DNA of 64,000 bases from Thermoflexales bacterium (GTDB lineage Bacteria > Chloroflexota > Anaerolineae > B4-G1 > DUEL01), in NCBI GenBank assembly GCA_014360895.1, contig JACIWQ010000002.1:6629-70628 (forward strand). Reading direction: 5' to 3'. Below the pieces are notes generated by a model, which made no database searches, was not told the DNA's origin, and saw only the letters and a program-made list of their open reading frames with translations. Positions 37,347 through 49,653 of the stretch are shown piece by piece. Every line of letters begins with the position of its first letter. Position 1 is the first letter of the stretch. The translations under genes were made by a program, and so were the position numbers.

Positions 37347-37856
37347 TTACCGATAATGGCCTTTTCTCCAACGTTCCAGCGCCTGGCGAGTAGAGGCGAA
37401 GGCCAGCGGCGGGAGTTCATCTGGGTGGAAGAAACCCGCTGCGCCAGCGTCATCTCCGGCCCGCATAGTGCCTCCCACTACCTCACCCTGATATACCACG
37501 GTAAAGTTCGCCTCACCCGGCAACCCTTCTCCGGGAAGAACATCCAGCAGGCCTGTCAACCGGATCTCCAGGCCGGTTTCCTCCTGGCACTCCCGAACAG
37601 CCGTGGAGGCTGGCTCCTCATCGTACTCCACGAAACCGGCGGGCAGGCTCCACCGTCCCTTGAACGGTCCGAAGGCCCGCCGGACCAGCAGGACCTTCCC
37701 GTCTTTTTCCACCAGTACGGCCGCCGCCACTTTGGGGTCGCGGAAGATGATGCGGTCGCATGCCGGGCAGTATCGCCGTACCCGGCCGTATGCTTCCCGG
37801 TCCTGAAGGGGTCCGCCACATTGGGGGCAGAAGTTCAGTTCCAGATATTCCGCCAT
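37347..37856 (-). CDS. NUDIX hydrolase with an N-terminal zinc ribbon (NudC-like)
   Basis: CPQCGG...CPACD zinc ribbon, then Nudix box GFVEYDEEPASTAVRECQEETG. The start was chosen at the internal ATG to avoid overlap with the anti-sigma gene. Confidence 0.6.
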   Translation of the reverse strand: MAEYLELNFCPQCGGPLQDREAYGRVRRYCPACDRIIFRDPKVAAAVLVEKDGKVLLVRRAFGPFKGRWSLPAGFVEYDEEPASTAVRECQEETGLEIRLTGLLDVLPGEGLPGEANFTVVYQGEVVGGTMRAGDDAGAAGFFHPDELPPLAFASTRQALERWRKGHYR

Positions 37857-37876
37857 ATCGGTCGCAGGGGGCGGTG

Positions 37877-38791
37877 TTATCGGGCCCGCCACGCCCGGAT
37901 GGAGAGGACGGCGAGCGTCATCGTCAGCAGGGCCAGCCCTCCCACCGGCAGCCAGGATGTGACCCGCTGAGCTCGTTCTCCCCCCGGCATCTCCACTGGC
38001 GGAGAGGTCGGCGTGACCTCCACCGTTGGGGGGGCGGCCGTTACCCTCTCCTCTCCGGCGGCAGCTACCCGTTCCGAAGGCTGTGGTTCCGGTGTCGGTG
38101 TGGGGGATGCTTCCGCTTCCGGCTCCTCAGGTTCACCGGGTTCCCGGAGGGATGGCCCCGGCCCCGCCCCACCACCCATCCCCCCCATTTCCGGAGGGAT
38201 GGGCCCCCCTTCCAGCAGTGGGGAAGGGGCGACCTCGCTCCAGGCCTCCATCTCCGGGACGGCGGTTTCGGAGACGGTGGCCGCACTGTCCAACCGGGCC
38301 GGCTCGGGGGTCACCGTCGCCTCCGGGGACGACGGGGCCTTTTTTGCCAGCGCCTCCTGGGTTTCCTGGACCTGGGGGGAGGGCCCCGTCTCGTAGGCGG
38401 CCATCGGTACCGGTGCGGCGGCCCCCGGCCCACCCCCTCCGGCGGTGAGCAGGTTCCCCACCAGCAGGACGACGCAGAGGAGCCCGCTCACAGCGGTCGC
38501 GAGGGTCAGCGCGGGGGCCAGACGGCGGGCCGCCGACGGGGGTTGGCGGACCGTCGGCGCGGGCGGGCGGACCATCGCGGGGGTCAGCAGGAAGTTGCGG
38601 GGCGCGGGGACAGCGGGCAATCCCCGGACCAGCGCCACCGTCCGCTGCAACGATTCCAGGCGCGCGCGCAGGTCCGGGTCCTCCGCCAGTCGGGCCTCCA
38701 ATCGGGCCCGCTCCCGGGGGCTCAGCGCCCCGTCTATGTATGCCGACAGCCATTCATCTACCCGTTCCCGGGCTCGGTTCTTTCCCAGCAT
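37877..38791 (-). CDS. Anti-sigma factor (zf-HC2/RskA-like N-terminus, TM segment, Pro/Glu-rich extracytoplasmic tail)
   Basis: RERVDEWLSAYIDGALSPRERARLEARLAEDPDLRARLESLQ is a classic anti-sigma N-terminal domain. The start was chosen at ATG 38791, which has a GAGGA RBS. Confidence 0.65.
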   Translation of the reverse strand: MLGKNRARERVDEWLSAYIDGALSPRERARLEARLAEDPDLRARLESLQRTVALVRGLPAVPAPRNFLLTPAMVRPPAPTVRQPPSAARRLAPALTLATAVSGLLCVVLLVGNLLTAGGGGPGAAAPVPMAAYETGPSPQVQETQEALAKKAPSSPEATVTPEPARLDSAATVSETAVPEMEAWSEVAPSPLLEGGPIPPEMGGMGGGAGPGPSLREPGEPEEPEAEASPTPTPEPQPSERVAAAGEERVTAAPPTVEVTPTSPPVEMPGGERAQRVTSWLPVGGLALLTMTLAVLSIRAWRAR

Positions 38792-39407
38792 CTCGGTCCT
38801 CATCTTCAAGACGGTACGCGCGGGGCAATAGTTCCCTCTGCGCCTGCAGGAGGTCCCGCAGGCGGGCCCGGGCCCGCGCCAGGCGGGATTTGACCGTCCC
38901 CACCGGAATTCCCACCGTATCCGCAATCTCCTGATAGTTCATCCCTTCCACATCCGAAAGGACCAGCACAACTCGCTGGTCTGGGGGAAGCGTGACGATG
39001 GCCGACTGAAGGAAGCGAGTCAGTTCCGCCTGCTGGGCGGCTTCCTCCGGCGTCGGATGACCGTTGACCAGAAAGGGGTTGGCGTCTTCGTCCATCTCGC
39101 CGAAGGATTCCCAGGAGACGGCGGGGCGGCGCTTTTGGCGGCGCAGTTCGTCGTAGCAGCGATTGGCGACGGTGCGCATGAGCCAGGACAGGAAGGAGCC
39201 GCCCCGGAAGGTGGAGAGATGCCGGTAGGCGGCGATGAAGGCCTCCTGGGTGGCGTCCTCGGCGGCCGCAGGGTCGCCCAGGATGCGGTAGGCGAGGTTG
39301 TAGACCCGGTCCTGGTAGGCCAGGACCAGTTCGTTGAAGGCATCCAGGTCACCGCGCTGCGCGGCGGCCACCAGCCGCCCCTCGTCCAGATTTCTTCCTG
39401 TGATCAC
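38754..39407 (-). CDS. ECF-type RNA polymerase sigma-70 factor
   Basis: Region 2 (FNELVLAYQDRVYNLAYRILGD) and region 4 (MNYQEIADTVGIPVGTVKSRLARAR). Confidence 0.8.
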   Translation of the reverse strand: MITGRNLDEGRLVAAAQRGDLDAFNELVLAYQDRVYNLAYRILGDPAAAEDATQEAFIAAYRHLSTFRGGSFLSWLMRTVANRCYDELRRQKRRPAVSWESFGEMDEDANPFLVNGHPTPEEAAQQAELTRFLQSAIVTLPPDQRVVLVLSDVEGMNYQEIADTVGIPVGTVKSRLARARARLRDLLQAQRELLPRAYRLEDEDRDAGKEPSPGTGR

Positions 39408-39546
39408 CTCAGTGTCACCAATAACCGGTTACCAAATTGTAACGCGGCAGAAATCCCATTTCGGCCCATTTCTGTGTATGATGGCTACAGAGGTTCGGGA
39501 AAACCCGGACCTCTGGTAGCCACGATGAAGCCACAAGGAGGTTACA

Positions 39547-39828
39547 ATGGAAATGATTAAGGTCGCTGCCGATTCCCGCTCCACGGCTGTGGCGGGGGCC
39601 ATCGCCGGAGTCATTCGGGAACGAGGGAAGGTGGATGTGCGGGCCATCGGGGCCAGCGCCGTCAATCAGGCCGTGAAAGCGGTCGCCATTGCCCGGAGTT
39701 ATCTGATGCCGGAAGGGATTGACATCGTCTGCATCCCCTCCTTTTCCGAGGTGATGATTGACGGGCAGGAACGGACGGCCGTCCACCTCACCGTAGAGAC
39801 CCGATGCAATTCCAGCAAGGCCGCGTAG
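39547..39828 (+). CDS. spoVS: Stage V sporulation protein S homolog
   Basis: MEMIKVAADSRSTAVAGAIAGVIRERGKVDVRAIGASAVNQAVKAVAIARSYL closely matches SpoVS. AAGGAGG RBS. Confidence 0.8.
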   Translation: MEMIKVAADSRSTAVAGAIAGVIRERGKVDVRAIGASAVNQAVKAVAIARSYLMPEGIDIVCIPSFSEVMIDGQERTAVHLTVETRCNSSKAA

Positions 39829-40682
39829 ACCTCCACGTCCACACCACCGCTTCGGATGGATCCCTGACGCCTGCCCAAGTTGTAAGACTGGCGCTGGAGC
39901 AAGGGCTGGCCGCCATCGCCCTGACGGACCACGATACGGTGGAAGGGCTCGCTGAAGCATGGGCCGCCGCCAGCGGCACCGGCCTGGAGGTCGTCCCCGG
40001 GGTGGAGATCAGTTCGGATTGGCCCGTGGGTGATTTCCATATCCTAGGACTGTATATAGACCCCTGGGATGGGCCGTTCAACGAGTGCCTGCAGTCTATG
40101 AAGGCCGCCCGTTTAGGGCGGGCCCGAAAGATACTGGAACGACTGGCCGCCCTGGGGATGCCCCTGGAATGGGATGAAGTCGCCCGTTTTTGCACGGGAA
40201 ACTGTGCCATCGGACGACTCCACATCGCCCGCGCAATGGTCCAGCGGGGGTATGTCTCCGATGTCCATCAGGCCTTCCAGCGCTATATCGGCCGGGACGG
40301 GCCGGCGTATGTCCCCCGGTTGCGGATGACACCGGTGGAGGTCATCGGGTTGATCCGGCGAGCAGGAGGCGTAGCCGTACTGGCCCATCCCGCTGCTTCC
40401 GGCGTGGTGGAGTACATCCCGATTCTGGCCTCAATGGGCCTGCAGGGTGTGGAAGTCTGGTATCCGGACCATTCTCCCGAGGATGTCAGGTTGCTGTTCC
40501 AGCTGGCTCGCCAGTACCACCTGCTCGTGACCGGAGGGAGCGATTTCCACGGTTTGGAATCGGGTGCGGGAGCCCCATTGGGGTCCGTGGACATGCCCCT
40601 GCAGGTGCTCTGGCAACTCCAGCAGGCTGCCGAACTGGCCCGACAACCGGAAGAGAGGTCCGTTTTCAGTATGGCGCTATAG
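39804..40682 (+). CDS. PHP-domain phosphoesterase (TrpH/YcdX-like)
   Basis: VDLHVHTTASDG ... ALTDHDT ... PHP His motifs. Confidence 0.7.
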   Translation: MQFQQGRVDLHVHTTASDGSLTPAQVVRLALEQGLAAIALTDHDTVEGLAEAWAAASGTGLEVVPGVEISSDWPVGDFHILGLYIDPWDGPFNECLQSMKAARLGRARKILERLAALGMPLEWDEVARFCTGNCAIGRLHIARAMVQRGYVSDVHQAFQRYIGRDGPAYVPRLRMTPVEVIGLIRRAGGVAVLAHPAASGVVEYIPILASMGLQGVEVWYPDHSPEDVRLLFQLARQYHLLVTGGSDFHGLESGAGAPLGSVDMPLQVLWQLQQAAELARQPEERSVFSMAL

Positions 40683-40744
40683 CCGCCCAATGGAACGGCT
40701 ATGCTTTTACGGCGGTGGCTCTGCCACCGCCGTAAAATTTCCCG

Positions 40745-41737
40745 CTACAGGTCAAACCCCAGCAGAACTTCCAGCGTCAACTGGGGGTTGGCGTTGCGAC
40801 GCAGTCGGTCTGAGGCCGTCCGGATGGCCTGGATGCGGGCGACGGCCTGAGCGGGTGTGAACCGGGCTGCCATCTGCTCCAGGTGGGCCCGCTGGTCCAG
40901 ATGAGTCAGTAGGGATTCCCCTTCCCGGCCCTCTCCGACGCCTCCCGTCAGCAGGAGAACATCCCGCCACCATCCGGCCCAGAGGTCCAGTGCCTCCTGA
41001 GCTGCTTCGGGGTCGCGCGCCAGTTCCGCCGCGTAGCGGAACCGGTCCGTCAGCGGCGCGTGGATCAGCACGACCATCTCCTCTATCCGTTGTTGCCGCT
41101 GCCGGAGCAGGTCGGGTTCGGTAGCCGCCCGGACGGCCCAACCGATCCGTCCACCGCTGAGATGTGCCAGCCGGCGCGCCGTTTCGGCATCCACTCCCCA
41201 CCGCGTCTGCAGTGCGCCAGCAATCTGCGACACAGGAACTGGACGGAGCGGGACGACCTGGCAGCGGGAGACAATTGTCGGCAGGAGCGAATCGGTATCC
41301 GGGGCCAGTAGAATCAGGACGACAAAGTCGGGCGGCTCTTCCAGCGTCTTGAGCAGCGCGTTGGCCGCTGAGGGGGTCGCCTGGTCAAAGCGGTCCAGGA
41401 TGGCGACCCGGTGGGTGGCCATGTTCGGCGTCAGCGAGAGATGGCGCTGGAGTTCCCGGACCTGTTCCACCTTCAGTCGCCCCACCTCCGATTCGGGCTG
41501 CACCCAAAACAGGTCGGGATGGTTGCCACTGGCGACCAGGCGGCAGGACCGGCATTCGCCGCAGGGGCGAGGGCTCCCCAGGCAGAGGAGAGCGGAAGCC
41601 AGCGCCCGTGCCAGCGTCCCCTTGCCGATGCCGGGCGGGCCGGTGAAGAGGTAAGCGTGGGAAAGTTCGCCGTCCTCCAGCGCCTGCTGGAGGAGATGGA
41701 CGGCCCATTCATGTCCGACGATGCCCCAATTTTCCAT
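40745..41737 (-). CDS. holB: DNA polymerase III subunit delta prime
   Basis: HAYLFTGPPGIGKGTLARALASALLC plus a Cys zinc module. Confidence 0.8.
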   Translation of the reverse strand: MENWGIVGHEWAVHLLQQALEDGELSHAYLFTGPPGIGKGTLARALASALLCLGSPRPCGECRSCRLVASGNHPDLFWVQPESEVGRLKVEQVRELQRHLSLTPNMATHRVAILDRFDQATPSAANALLKTLEEPPDFVVLILLAPDTDSLLPTIVSRCQVVPLRPVPVSQIAGALQTRWGVDAETARRLAHLSGGRIGWAVRAATEPDLLRQRQQRIEEMVVLIHAPLTDRFRYAAELARDPEAAQEALDLWAGWWRDVLLLTGGVGEGREGESLLTHLDQRAHLEQMAARFTPAQAVARIQAIRTASDRLRRNANPQLTLEVLLGFDL

Positions 41738-41745
41738 CGGAAGGT

Positions 41746-42501
41746 TTATCTACCCGCCCTTGAGGTGGCCCGCTGTCGCCAGGCCTCGTAGAGGACGATA
41801 GAGCCGGCGACGGCCGCATTGAGAGAGGTGACGTTCCCGACCATCGGGAGTTGGACCATCCGGTCGCATCGCTCCTGGACCAGTCGGCGCAACCCCTCCC
41901 CTTCGCTGCCGATGACCAGAGCCAGAGGGCCGGTGAGGTCGGCCTGGTCGTATCTCTGGGCACCCCGCACGGCTTCCAATCCGACCACCCAGATATCGCG
42001 CGCCTTCAGCCGTTCTATGGTCTCCGGCAGATTGGGCACCTGAGCGATTCGGAGGTGCTCGGCGGCCCCGGCGGAAGTGTGCACCACGGTGGGGGTGATA
42101 CCGATGGCCCGGCGCTGTTGGATCACCACGCCGTGGACGCCGACAGCCTCGGCGGTCCGCAGGAGGGTGCCCACATTCTGCGGGTCCTGCAGGAGGTCCA
42201 GCAGCAGCAGGAAGGGAGGCTCAGCGCGCCGCGCGCTTTCGGCCAGAATCTCCTCCAGGTCGGCATAGGGGTATTCGCTGGCCTCCAGCGCCACTCCCTG
42301 GTGGTTGGCCTCCCCCAACCAGTCCAGATGGCGGCGGGGGACGCGTTCCACCGGCACCCTGGCCTGCTCTGCCAGGGTCAAAATGTCGTCCACGATGTCC
42401 GTCGCGCGGACGGTATCGGCGACCATCAGCCGGAAGAATTGCCGCCTTCCGGCCCGCAGCGACTCGTAGACCGCATTTCGTCCGTAGAGGGTTTCGCGCA
42501 T
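41746..42501 (-). CDS. rlmB: 23S rRNA (guanosine-2'-O-)-methyltransferase RlmB (SpoU/TrmH family)
   Basis: SpoU_sub_bind N-terminus plus SpoU methylase motifs (NVGTLLRTAEAVG, LVIGSEGEGL). Confidence 0.8.
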   Translation of the reverse strand: MRETLYGRNAVYESLRAGRRQFFRLMVADTVRATDIVDDILTLAEQARVPVERVPRRHLDWLGEANHQGVALEASEYPYADLEEILAESARRAEPPFLLLLDLLQDPQNVGTLLRTAEAVGVHGVVIQQRRAIGITPTVVHTSAGAAEHLRIAQVPNLPETIERLKARDIWVVGLEAVRGAQRYDQADLTGPLALVIGSEGEGLRRLVQERCDRMVQLPMVGNVTSLNAAVAGSIVLYEAWRQRATSRAGR

Positions 42502-42529
42502 CGGTGCGGCTCGTCGCCGGGAATGGCTC

Positions 42530-42967
42530 CTATGCTCTTTGCTCTTTCCCTACCCGCAGACTGGTGAACCCCACCAGGGCAATCCCCAAACCCAGCAGCC
42601 AGAGATGGATCAGAGCCTCCGTAAGGACTTCCGGGTGACGGTGCAGATAGAGGCCATTTTGCAGGAAGAACAGGATATCCATCAGGGCCAGGAATAGCAT
42701 CCCGCTGCCGGCCATCCCGGCCCAGTGGAGGCCCCATGGCCGCCGCCGGAAGAGGCCCCAGGCGCCGACCAGCGAGGCGGCGATCACCCATCCATCGGCG
42801 ACGATAAACGAACACTCCCAGGGGTACCAGGCCGGACATGTTTGGGCCAGGAAAGACCCCCGAGGGTCCTCAGCGGCGAAGACGACCCAGAAGATGAGCG
42901 TCCCCAACCCGGTCAGGCCCAGCAGGATGGCAAGGAAGCGGCTCTTGTCTATCTCTCCAGCCGCCAT
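42530..42967 (-). CDS. Small integral membrane protein, function unknown
   Basis: Four predicted TM helices. The start was moved to ATG 42967, which has a GGAAGGA RBS. Confidence 0.45.
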   Translation of the reverse strand: MAAGEIDKSRFLAILLGLTGLGTLIFWVVFAAEDPRGSFLAQTCPAWYPWECSFIVADGWVIAASLVGAWGLFRRRPWGLHWAGMAGSGMLFLALMDILFFLQNGLYLHRHPEVLTEALIHLWLLGLGIALVGFTSLRVGKEQRA

Positions 42968-44403
42968 GTCGGTCCTTCCGGTCGGTCTTCCACGATGATG
43001 CCCAGTTCCGCCAGGCGCTGACGGATGGCGTCGGCGTGTGCCCAATCCTTCGCGGCCCGGTACTCCTGCCGCAGGTCCAGGATTAACTGCATCAGCCCGT
43101 CCAGCAATCCACTGCGCACTTCCGGCGGCTCCAGTTGGTCGGGGATGATGCCCAGAATCTGGCCCCCCAGTTCGCTGAACATCTGGTCTATCGCCGCCAG
43201 GGTGCCCCGGGCCACCGGCTGTCCGGAGTCCAGCATCCGGTTCACCGCGCGCGCCAGGTCGTGCAGCGCGGCCATCGCCTTGGGGGTGTTGAAATCATCG
43301 TCCATCGCCGCCAGGAACGCCTCCCGGTACGGGTCCAGGTCACCGATGTAGGAGAGGTCGGCCGTGCCCTCGGGCATCGCCGTTTCTTTCATCCGGGCCC
43401 GGACAGCGCGGACGGTGTTGTGAAGGCGGCGGATGCCCTGCTCGGCGGCCTCCATCGCCTGGCGGGAATAATCCAGCGTCCCCCGGTAGTGGGCGGAGAG
43501 GATGAACGCCCGGATGACCTCTGGACGGTAGAGTTTCAGGGCATCTTTGATGGTCAGGAAGTTGCCCAGGCTCTTGCTCATCTTGACGCCGTCCACCGTC
43601 AGGGAGCCGGCGAGAATCCAGTAGCGGGCAAAGGGTTTGCCGGTGACAGCTTCCGCCTGGGCGATCTCGCACTCGTTGTGGGGGAAGATATTGTCTATGC
43701 CGCCGCCGTGAATATCAAAGGTTTCCCCCAGATATTTGGTGGCCATGACGGAGCACTCAATATGCCAGCCGGGGTAGCCCCAGCCCCAGGGGGAGGGCCA
43801 GCGCAGGATGTGTTCCGGCTCTGCGCGCTTCCAGAGGGCGAAGTCCGCCGGGTGCCGCTTCTCCTCCCGGACCTCTACCCGCGCGCCCGGTTCCAGTTCC
43901 TCCACCTTCCGGCCGGAGAGTTTGCCGTATTCGGGGAACTTTTCCACGGAAAAATAGACGTTGCCGTCCACTTCGTAAGCGTACCCCTTCTCTATCAGCG
44001 TCTTAATCCACTCAATCTGTTCGGGGATATGTGCGCTGGCGCGGGGGGAGATGTTGGGACGGATAACGCCCAGGGCGTCCATATCCTCAAAGTAGGAACG
44101 GGTGTAGATTTCCACCAGTTCCATCGGCTCCACCCGCTCCCGCCGGGCGCCTTTGAGGATGCGGTCTTCTCCAGTGTCCAGGAGATGGCCTACATCGGTG
44201 ATGTTCTGGACATAGCGGACCTTGTAGCCCAGGAAGCGGAGGTACCGCACTACCACGTCCATCGCGACGTAGAGTTTGGCATGGCCCAGATGGGCGTGGT
44301 CGTAGACGGTCGGACCGCAGACGTACATGTACACCCGTCCGCGCTCCAGGGGTTTAAAGATTTCTTTTTGACGGGTCAGGTAATTGTAGACCTGCAGGGC
44401 CAT
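42949..44403 (-). CDS. cysS: Cysteine--tRNA ligase
   Basis: HIGH motif ([14 protein letters not shown]) and KMSKS ([12 protein letters not shown]). Confidence 0.9.
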   Translation of the reverse strand: MALQVYNYLTRQKEIFKPLERGRVYMYVCGPTVYDHAHLGHAKLYVAMDVVVRYLRFLGYKVRYVQNITDVGHLLDTGEDRILKGARRERVEPMELVEIYTRSYFEDMDALGVIRPNISPRASAHIPEQIEWIKTLIEKGYAYEVDGNVYFSVEKFPEYGKLSGRKVEELEPGARVEVREEKRHPADFALWKRAEPEHILRWPSPWGWGYPGWHIECSVMATKYLGETFDIHGGGIDNIFPHNECEIAQAEAVTGKPFARYWILAGSLTVDGVKMSKSLGNFLTIKDALKLYRPEVIRAFILSAHYRGTLDYSRQAMEAAEQGIRRLHNTVRAVRARMKETAMPEGTADLSYIGDLDPYREAFLAAMDDDFNTPKAMAALHDLARAVNRMLDSGQPVARGTLAAIDQMFSELGGQILGIIPDQLEPPEVRSGLLDGLMQLILDLRQEYRAAKDWAHADAIRQRLAELGIIVEDRPEGPTWRLER

Positions 44404-44422
44404 TCTCCTCCTCCTGATCGGG

Positions 44423-45466
44423 TTATGCGTGTTCCGCCGGGCGGGCGAATATCATCCGACCCGCTGCTGTCTGCAGGACTTTCGTCACCACTGTATCTAT
44501 TTCCGTCCCAATGAAGGGGCGACCGTTCTCCACCACAACCATTGTCCCGTCATCCAGGTAGCCCACGCCCTGGTCGGGCTCTTTCCCTTCCTGGATGACG
44601 TGCACCCGGAGGCTCTCGCCGGGCAGGTAGACAGCGCGTACTGCGTTGGCCAGTTCGTTGATGTTCAGCACCAGCACGCCCTGGAGTTCGGCGACGCGGT
44701 TCAGGTTGTAGTCGTTGGTGATGATGGGACAACGGAGGCGTCGGGCCAGCAGGACCAGTTTGTCGTCCGCCGAACGGGCCTCAGGAGCATCCAGGTCCAC
44801 AATCCGCACCGGAGTAGCAGATTCCTCCTGGAGACGGCGAAGCATGTCCAGCCCACGCCGCCCCCGGTTGCGCCGCAGGGGGTCAGGGGAATCGGCGATA
44901 TACTGGAGTTCGTTGAGGATAAAGCGGGGCACCAGCATCTCGCTGCGGATAAATCCGGTCCGGCTGATGTCGGCGATGCGTCCGTCAATGATGACGCTGG
45001 TATCCAGGAGGACCGGGGGAATCTCCCCCCAATCCTCAGGCCGTTCGGGGAGCCGTCCTCTCAGGAAGGCAAAGATTTCCTGCTGCCGGGCGGTCATGAC
45101 CAGTACTCCGATGTAGCCGAAGAGCACCGCGCTCAGGAAGGGCAGGATCTGGTTCAGGGGACGGGGGAGCATAGAGAGGGGAAACGTGCTCAGGGAGGCA
45201 ACGACCAGGCCGACAATCAGTCCGATGGTAGCGGCCAGGAGTTGCTGGACGGGCATCCGGTGGATTTTCTGGCGCAGGAATCGCAGCGGGCGCACCGTGA
45301 GGTACGGGGTGAGGGTCAGGCCGGCCAGGGCGCCGACCAGCATAAAGATCGTACCGTACAGATAGGCGGAGGTCTCCGCGATGGCCGCGAACCGCACACC
45401 TAATACCAGCCCTCCAACAGCCAGAACGAGCATGCCCACGATTCGGGAGATGAAATCGGCGCTCAT
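44423..45466 (-). CDS. PIN/TRAM-domain membrane protein (YacL-like)
   Basis: N-terminal TM region, a PIN domain and a C-terminal TRAM. The arrangement matches the YacL family, which is commonly found next to cysS. Confidence 0.7.
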   Translation of the reverse strand: MSADFISRIVGMLVLAVGGLVLGVRFAAIAETSAYLYGTIFMLVGALAGLTLTPYLTVRPLRFLRQKIHRMPVQQLLAATIGLIVGLVVASLSTFPLSMLPRPLNQILPFLSAVLFGYIGVLVMTARQQEIFAFLRGRLPERPEDWGEIPPVLLDTSVIIDGRIADISRTGFIRSEMLVPRFILNELQYIADSPDPLRRNRGRRGLDMLRRLQEESATPVRIVDLDAPEARSADDKLVLLARRLRCPIITNDYNLNRVAELQGVLVLNINELANAVRAVYLPGESLRVHVIQEGKEPDQGVGYLDDGTMVVVENGRPFIGTEIDTVVTKVLQTAAGRMIFARPAEHA

Positions 45467-45757
45467 CCCACTCCTCCTTCCGACGGCGCGATAAGGTTGA
45501 CGGGGGCATGAACGTCCGGCGGGTCCATCGGCGGAGGCAAAGAGCGGCGGATGAGGTGGCGAAAAGGCTTAACGATGATTCAGGATAAGACCAGAGAATG
45601 TTTCTTGCCTTGCCCCGCCGTCCATCGCGGTATCAATAAATTCCAAAAACGCCCGCGAATCGGAACCGGCCCGCGTCGTTCAGCCCGTAGCGAAGGTATC
45701 TTATCACACTCCCATAAAAAGTCAAAAGGCATCAGACGGACGGGTGTGTCCCCAATC

Positions 45758-45872
45758 TGTCGGGTCCGCGCCACCACAGCACAGGCCGCCGGGCCGGTCT
45801 GGGTACAGGTGAACTGCGCTGCAGTGGAAGGGTCATTGCGAGGGCGCGCAGCGCCTGAAGCAATCCCCATAG
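45758..45872. repeat. Family D unit followed by a family A left arm (half element)
   Basis: TCGGGTCCGCGCCACCACAGCACAGGCCGCCGGGCCGGTCTGGGTACAG parallels 8346-8400. It is followed by GGTCATTGCGAGGGCGCGCAGCGCC. Confidence 0.6.
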
Positions 45873-45950
45873 AAATCTCTCGCCGCCTGTTCGGCCTGAA
45901 TGGCCAGGGAAAACATCGTTTCTACCGTATCTTCCGGCATGCTCTTTCAC

Positions 45951-47615
<1,665 letters not shown>

Positions 47616-47682
47616 TGGGCCTCCTTTGGTTTACACTTTCGTTTGCGATATCTGCGTGCTGACTGGAAGAGGAGGGCATGCC

Positions 47683-49455
47683 TCACCGCCAATTCGGTTG
47701 GCCGTCATAGAAAGAATTATCGGTCAGCTTGCCCAGACCGGTGCCGTCGGCATTCGTCACATAGATCTCGGAATCGCCGTCCCGATCGGAGGCAAAGGCA
47801 AGAAACCTCCCATCGGGCGACCACGTCGGATCGGTATCACGCGCCGGGTTGGTGATCAACGGCCACAAGGTGCTCAGACCTTCGCACGAGGGAACCATCG
47901 CCCAAATATCATAGTCGGTAGCGGACGTTCCACCCCGGTTTGAGACAAAGGCCAGGAACGGCAGCCCGCTCCGCCTCTCCCGCGTCGGCGACCAGGCCGG
48001 GGAGAAATCCATGAACGTTTCGTCGGATACCTGCACCTGGCACAGGCCGCTCCCGTCGGCGTTCACCAGATAGATGCCCCCGTTTCCATCGCGGCAGGAA
48101 CTGAACGCGATCCGGTTTCCCATCCAACTATGCGCGATGTCTATGCAGGAGCCATCGCCGGTCAGCCGCCTCACACCGCTCCCGTCGGCGTTCATCACAT
48201 AAAGCGCCTCGTTGAGGAATCCGCCACCCTCCCGGTTGGACGTGAATACAATCCGGCTTCCATCGGGGGACCAGATCGGCCGATAGTCGGCTGCCGGATT
48301 GCGGGTCAGGTTGACCGGATGGCTGCCATCGGCACCCATAACATAGACTTCCAAATTGCCATCCCTATCGGAAGTGAAAGCAATCCGGGTTTTGTCAGGA
48401 GACCAGACAGGGAGCGTATCCCTGGCTGGGTTGTTGGTCAACCGGACGGCCTCGCCCCCGGTAGAGGCCATGGCATAAATCTCCTCATTGCCGTCCCGAT
48501 TGGAGACGAAAACGATCTCCCAACTGGGAGGAGGATTTACGCCGGATACGGGAACCAGTGGAGGACCCTCGTGCCAGACGCCCCAGGTATCATCGTCCTC
48601 GTACAGTTCGTATTGCCCGATCCGAAGGCCTTTTTCGTAGCGCTGAATCACGGCATAGTAGACCGGGTATCCTTCAGGAACTACCGAGAGGGCAGAATCG
48701 CCCACAAGTGCGTGCCACCGATGCTCGGTGGCCGCTCCGAGATTCCTCGGCCAGTACCAGGGATAGTAGAGCAGGTACACCACAGGGCGATCAAGACGGC
48801 GAATGGCGATTCCGCCCGCGCCAGATCGGAGCGGCTCCTCAATAGTCGGAGCCTCAGCCACCGAGGGGAACTCTCTGACCATTACCTCTACGGTTTCCGC
48901 CGGCCCTACGGCCCGTCCCAGCCTTCCTGCTGCTGGCCCCTGGGGTACAGGCGGTGTCCCTCCCCCCAGCGGTTCGTAGGAGCAGGTCAGGATCAGATCG
49001 CACATGCACAGAGTGTTCCACGAGTATGTCTGACCATAGACGTAGACAATGGCCTCCGGGCTTTCCTGATAGCCCTCTGGCTGCCAGATCATCTCCTCAT
49101 AGTTCTTCACGCACGTATAGCCGGCCAGGTAGTATCCTGTGGGCGGCGACGGACAGGTCTGAGGGCACCCCTCGCAGGGGGGACAGGGCGTGGGAGTGAG
49201 ACTGGAGGGAAGGCCCGGCGCGGCGAACGGTCCTGATGGGGTTGATGTAGGAGTTGCAAACGTAAGGGGTTGCGTTGGATTTGTGGTCGCTACTGGTTGT
49301 GATTGCGAGTGTGGCGGTTTCGGCACAGATGTGGAGGTCAGCGTCGGCCCTATGGTTGCGGGGGGAGATGGTGTCACACCCGCAGTGGAAAAGAACTCAC
49401 AACTGCCGATGACAAACAAGACAATGATCAGGACCACCTCAACCGGAGCGTTCAT
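47683..49455 (-). CDS. Secreted TolB-like (PD40/WD40-like beta-propeller) protein with a Thr/Pro-rich linker
   Basis: Signal peptide, then repeated xxxPxWSPDG PD40 blades. Start chosen at ATG 49455. Confidence 0.6.
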   Translation of the reverse strand: MNAPVEVVLIIVLFVIGSCEFFSTAGVTPSPPATIGPTLTSTSVPKPPHSQSQPVATTNPTQPLTFATPTSTPSGPFAAPGLPSSLTPTPCPPCEGCPQTCPSPPTGYYLAGYTCVKNYEEMIWQPEGYQESPEAIVYVYGQTYSWNTLCMCDLILTCSYEPLGGGTPPVPQGPAAGRLGRAVGPAETVEVMVREFPSVAEAPTIEEPLRSGAGGIAIRRLDRPVVYLLYYPWYWPRNLGAATEHRWHALVGDSALSVVPEGYPVYYAVIQRYEKGLRIGQYELYEDDDTWGVWHEGPPLVPVSGVNPPPSWEIVFVSNRDGNEEIYAMASTGGEAVRLTNNPARDTLPVWSPDKTRIAFTSDRDGNLEVYVMGADGSHPVNLTRNPAADYRPIWSPDGSRIVFTSNREGGGFLNEALYVMNADGSGVRRLTGDGSCIDIAHSWMGNRIAFSSCRDGNGGIYLVNADGSGLCQVQVSDETFMDFSPAWSPTRERRSGLPFLAFVSNRGGTSATDYDIWAMVPSCEGLSTLWPLITNPARDTDPTWSPDGRFLAFASDRDGDSEIYVTNADGTGLGKLTDNSFYDGQPNWR

Positions 49456-49653
49456 TTTTGTCCGCCAGTACATCGTTCCCCCTCCCTATCTCACATTATA
49501 CTTCCACGACCCCATGACGTCAATGGGTTTGAACTGGACTTTACTCCCATCTCGTGTTGGAGGGGCTGGAAAGAGGCTTGACATTCTCCCCTTCCAATGG
49601 TATAAGCATCCGTTGAGGGTTCCCCCGACGGCCCGGAATCTGAGGACAGAGGA

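Noticed and set aside
39408-39546. tRNA or small RNA between the ECF sigma and spoVS
   Set aside because: There is only a simple hairpin (CTACAGAGGTTCGGG AAAA CCCGGACCTCTGGTAG) with no cloverleaf features. No tRNA-like T-loop or anticodon-arm pattern was found there or anywhere else in the window.
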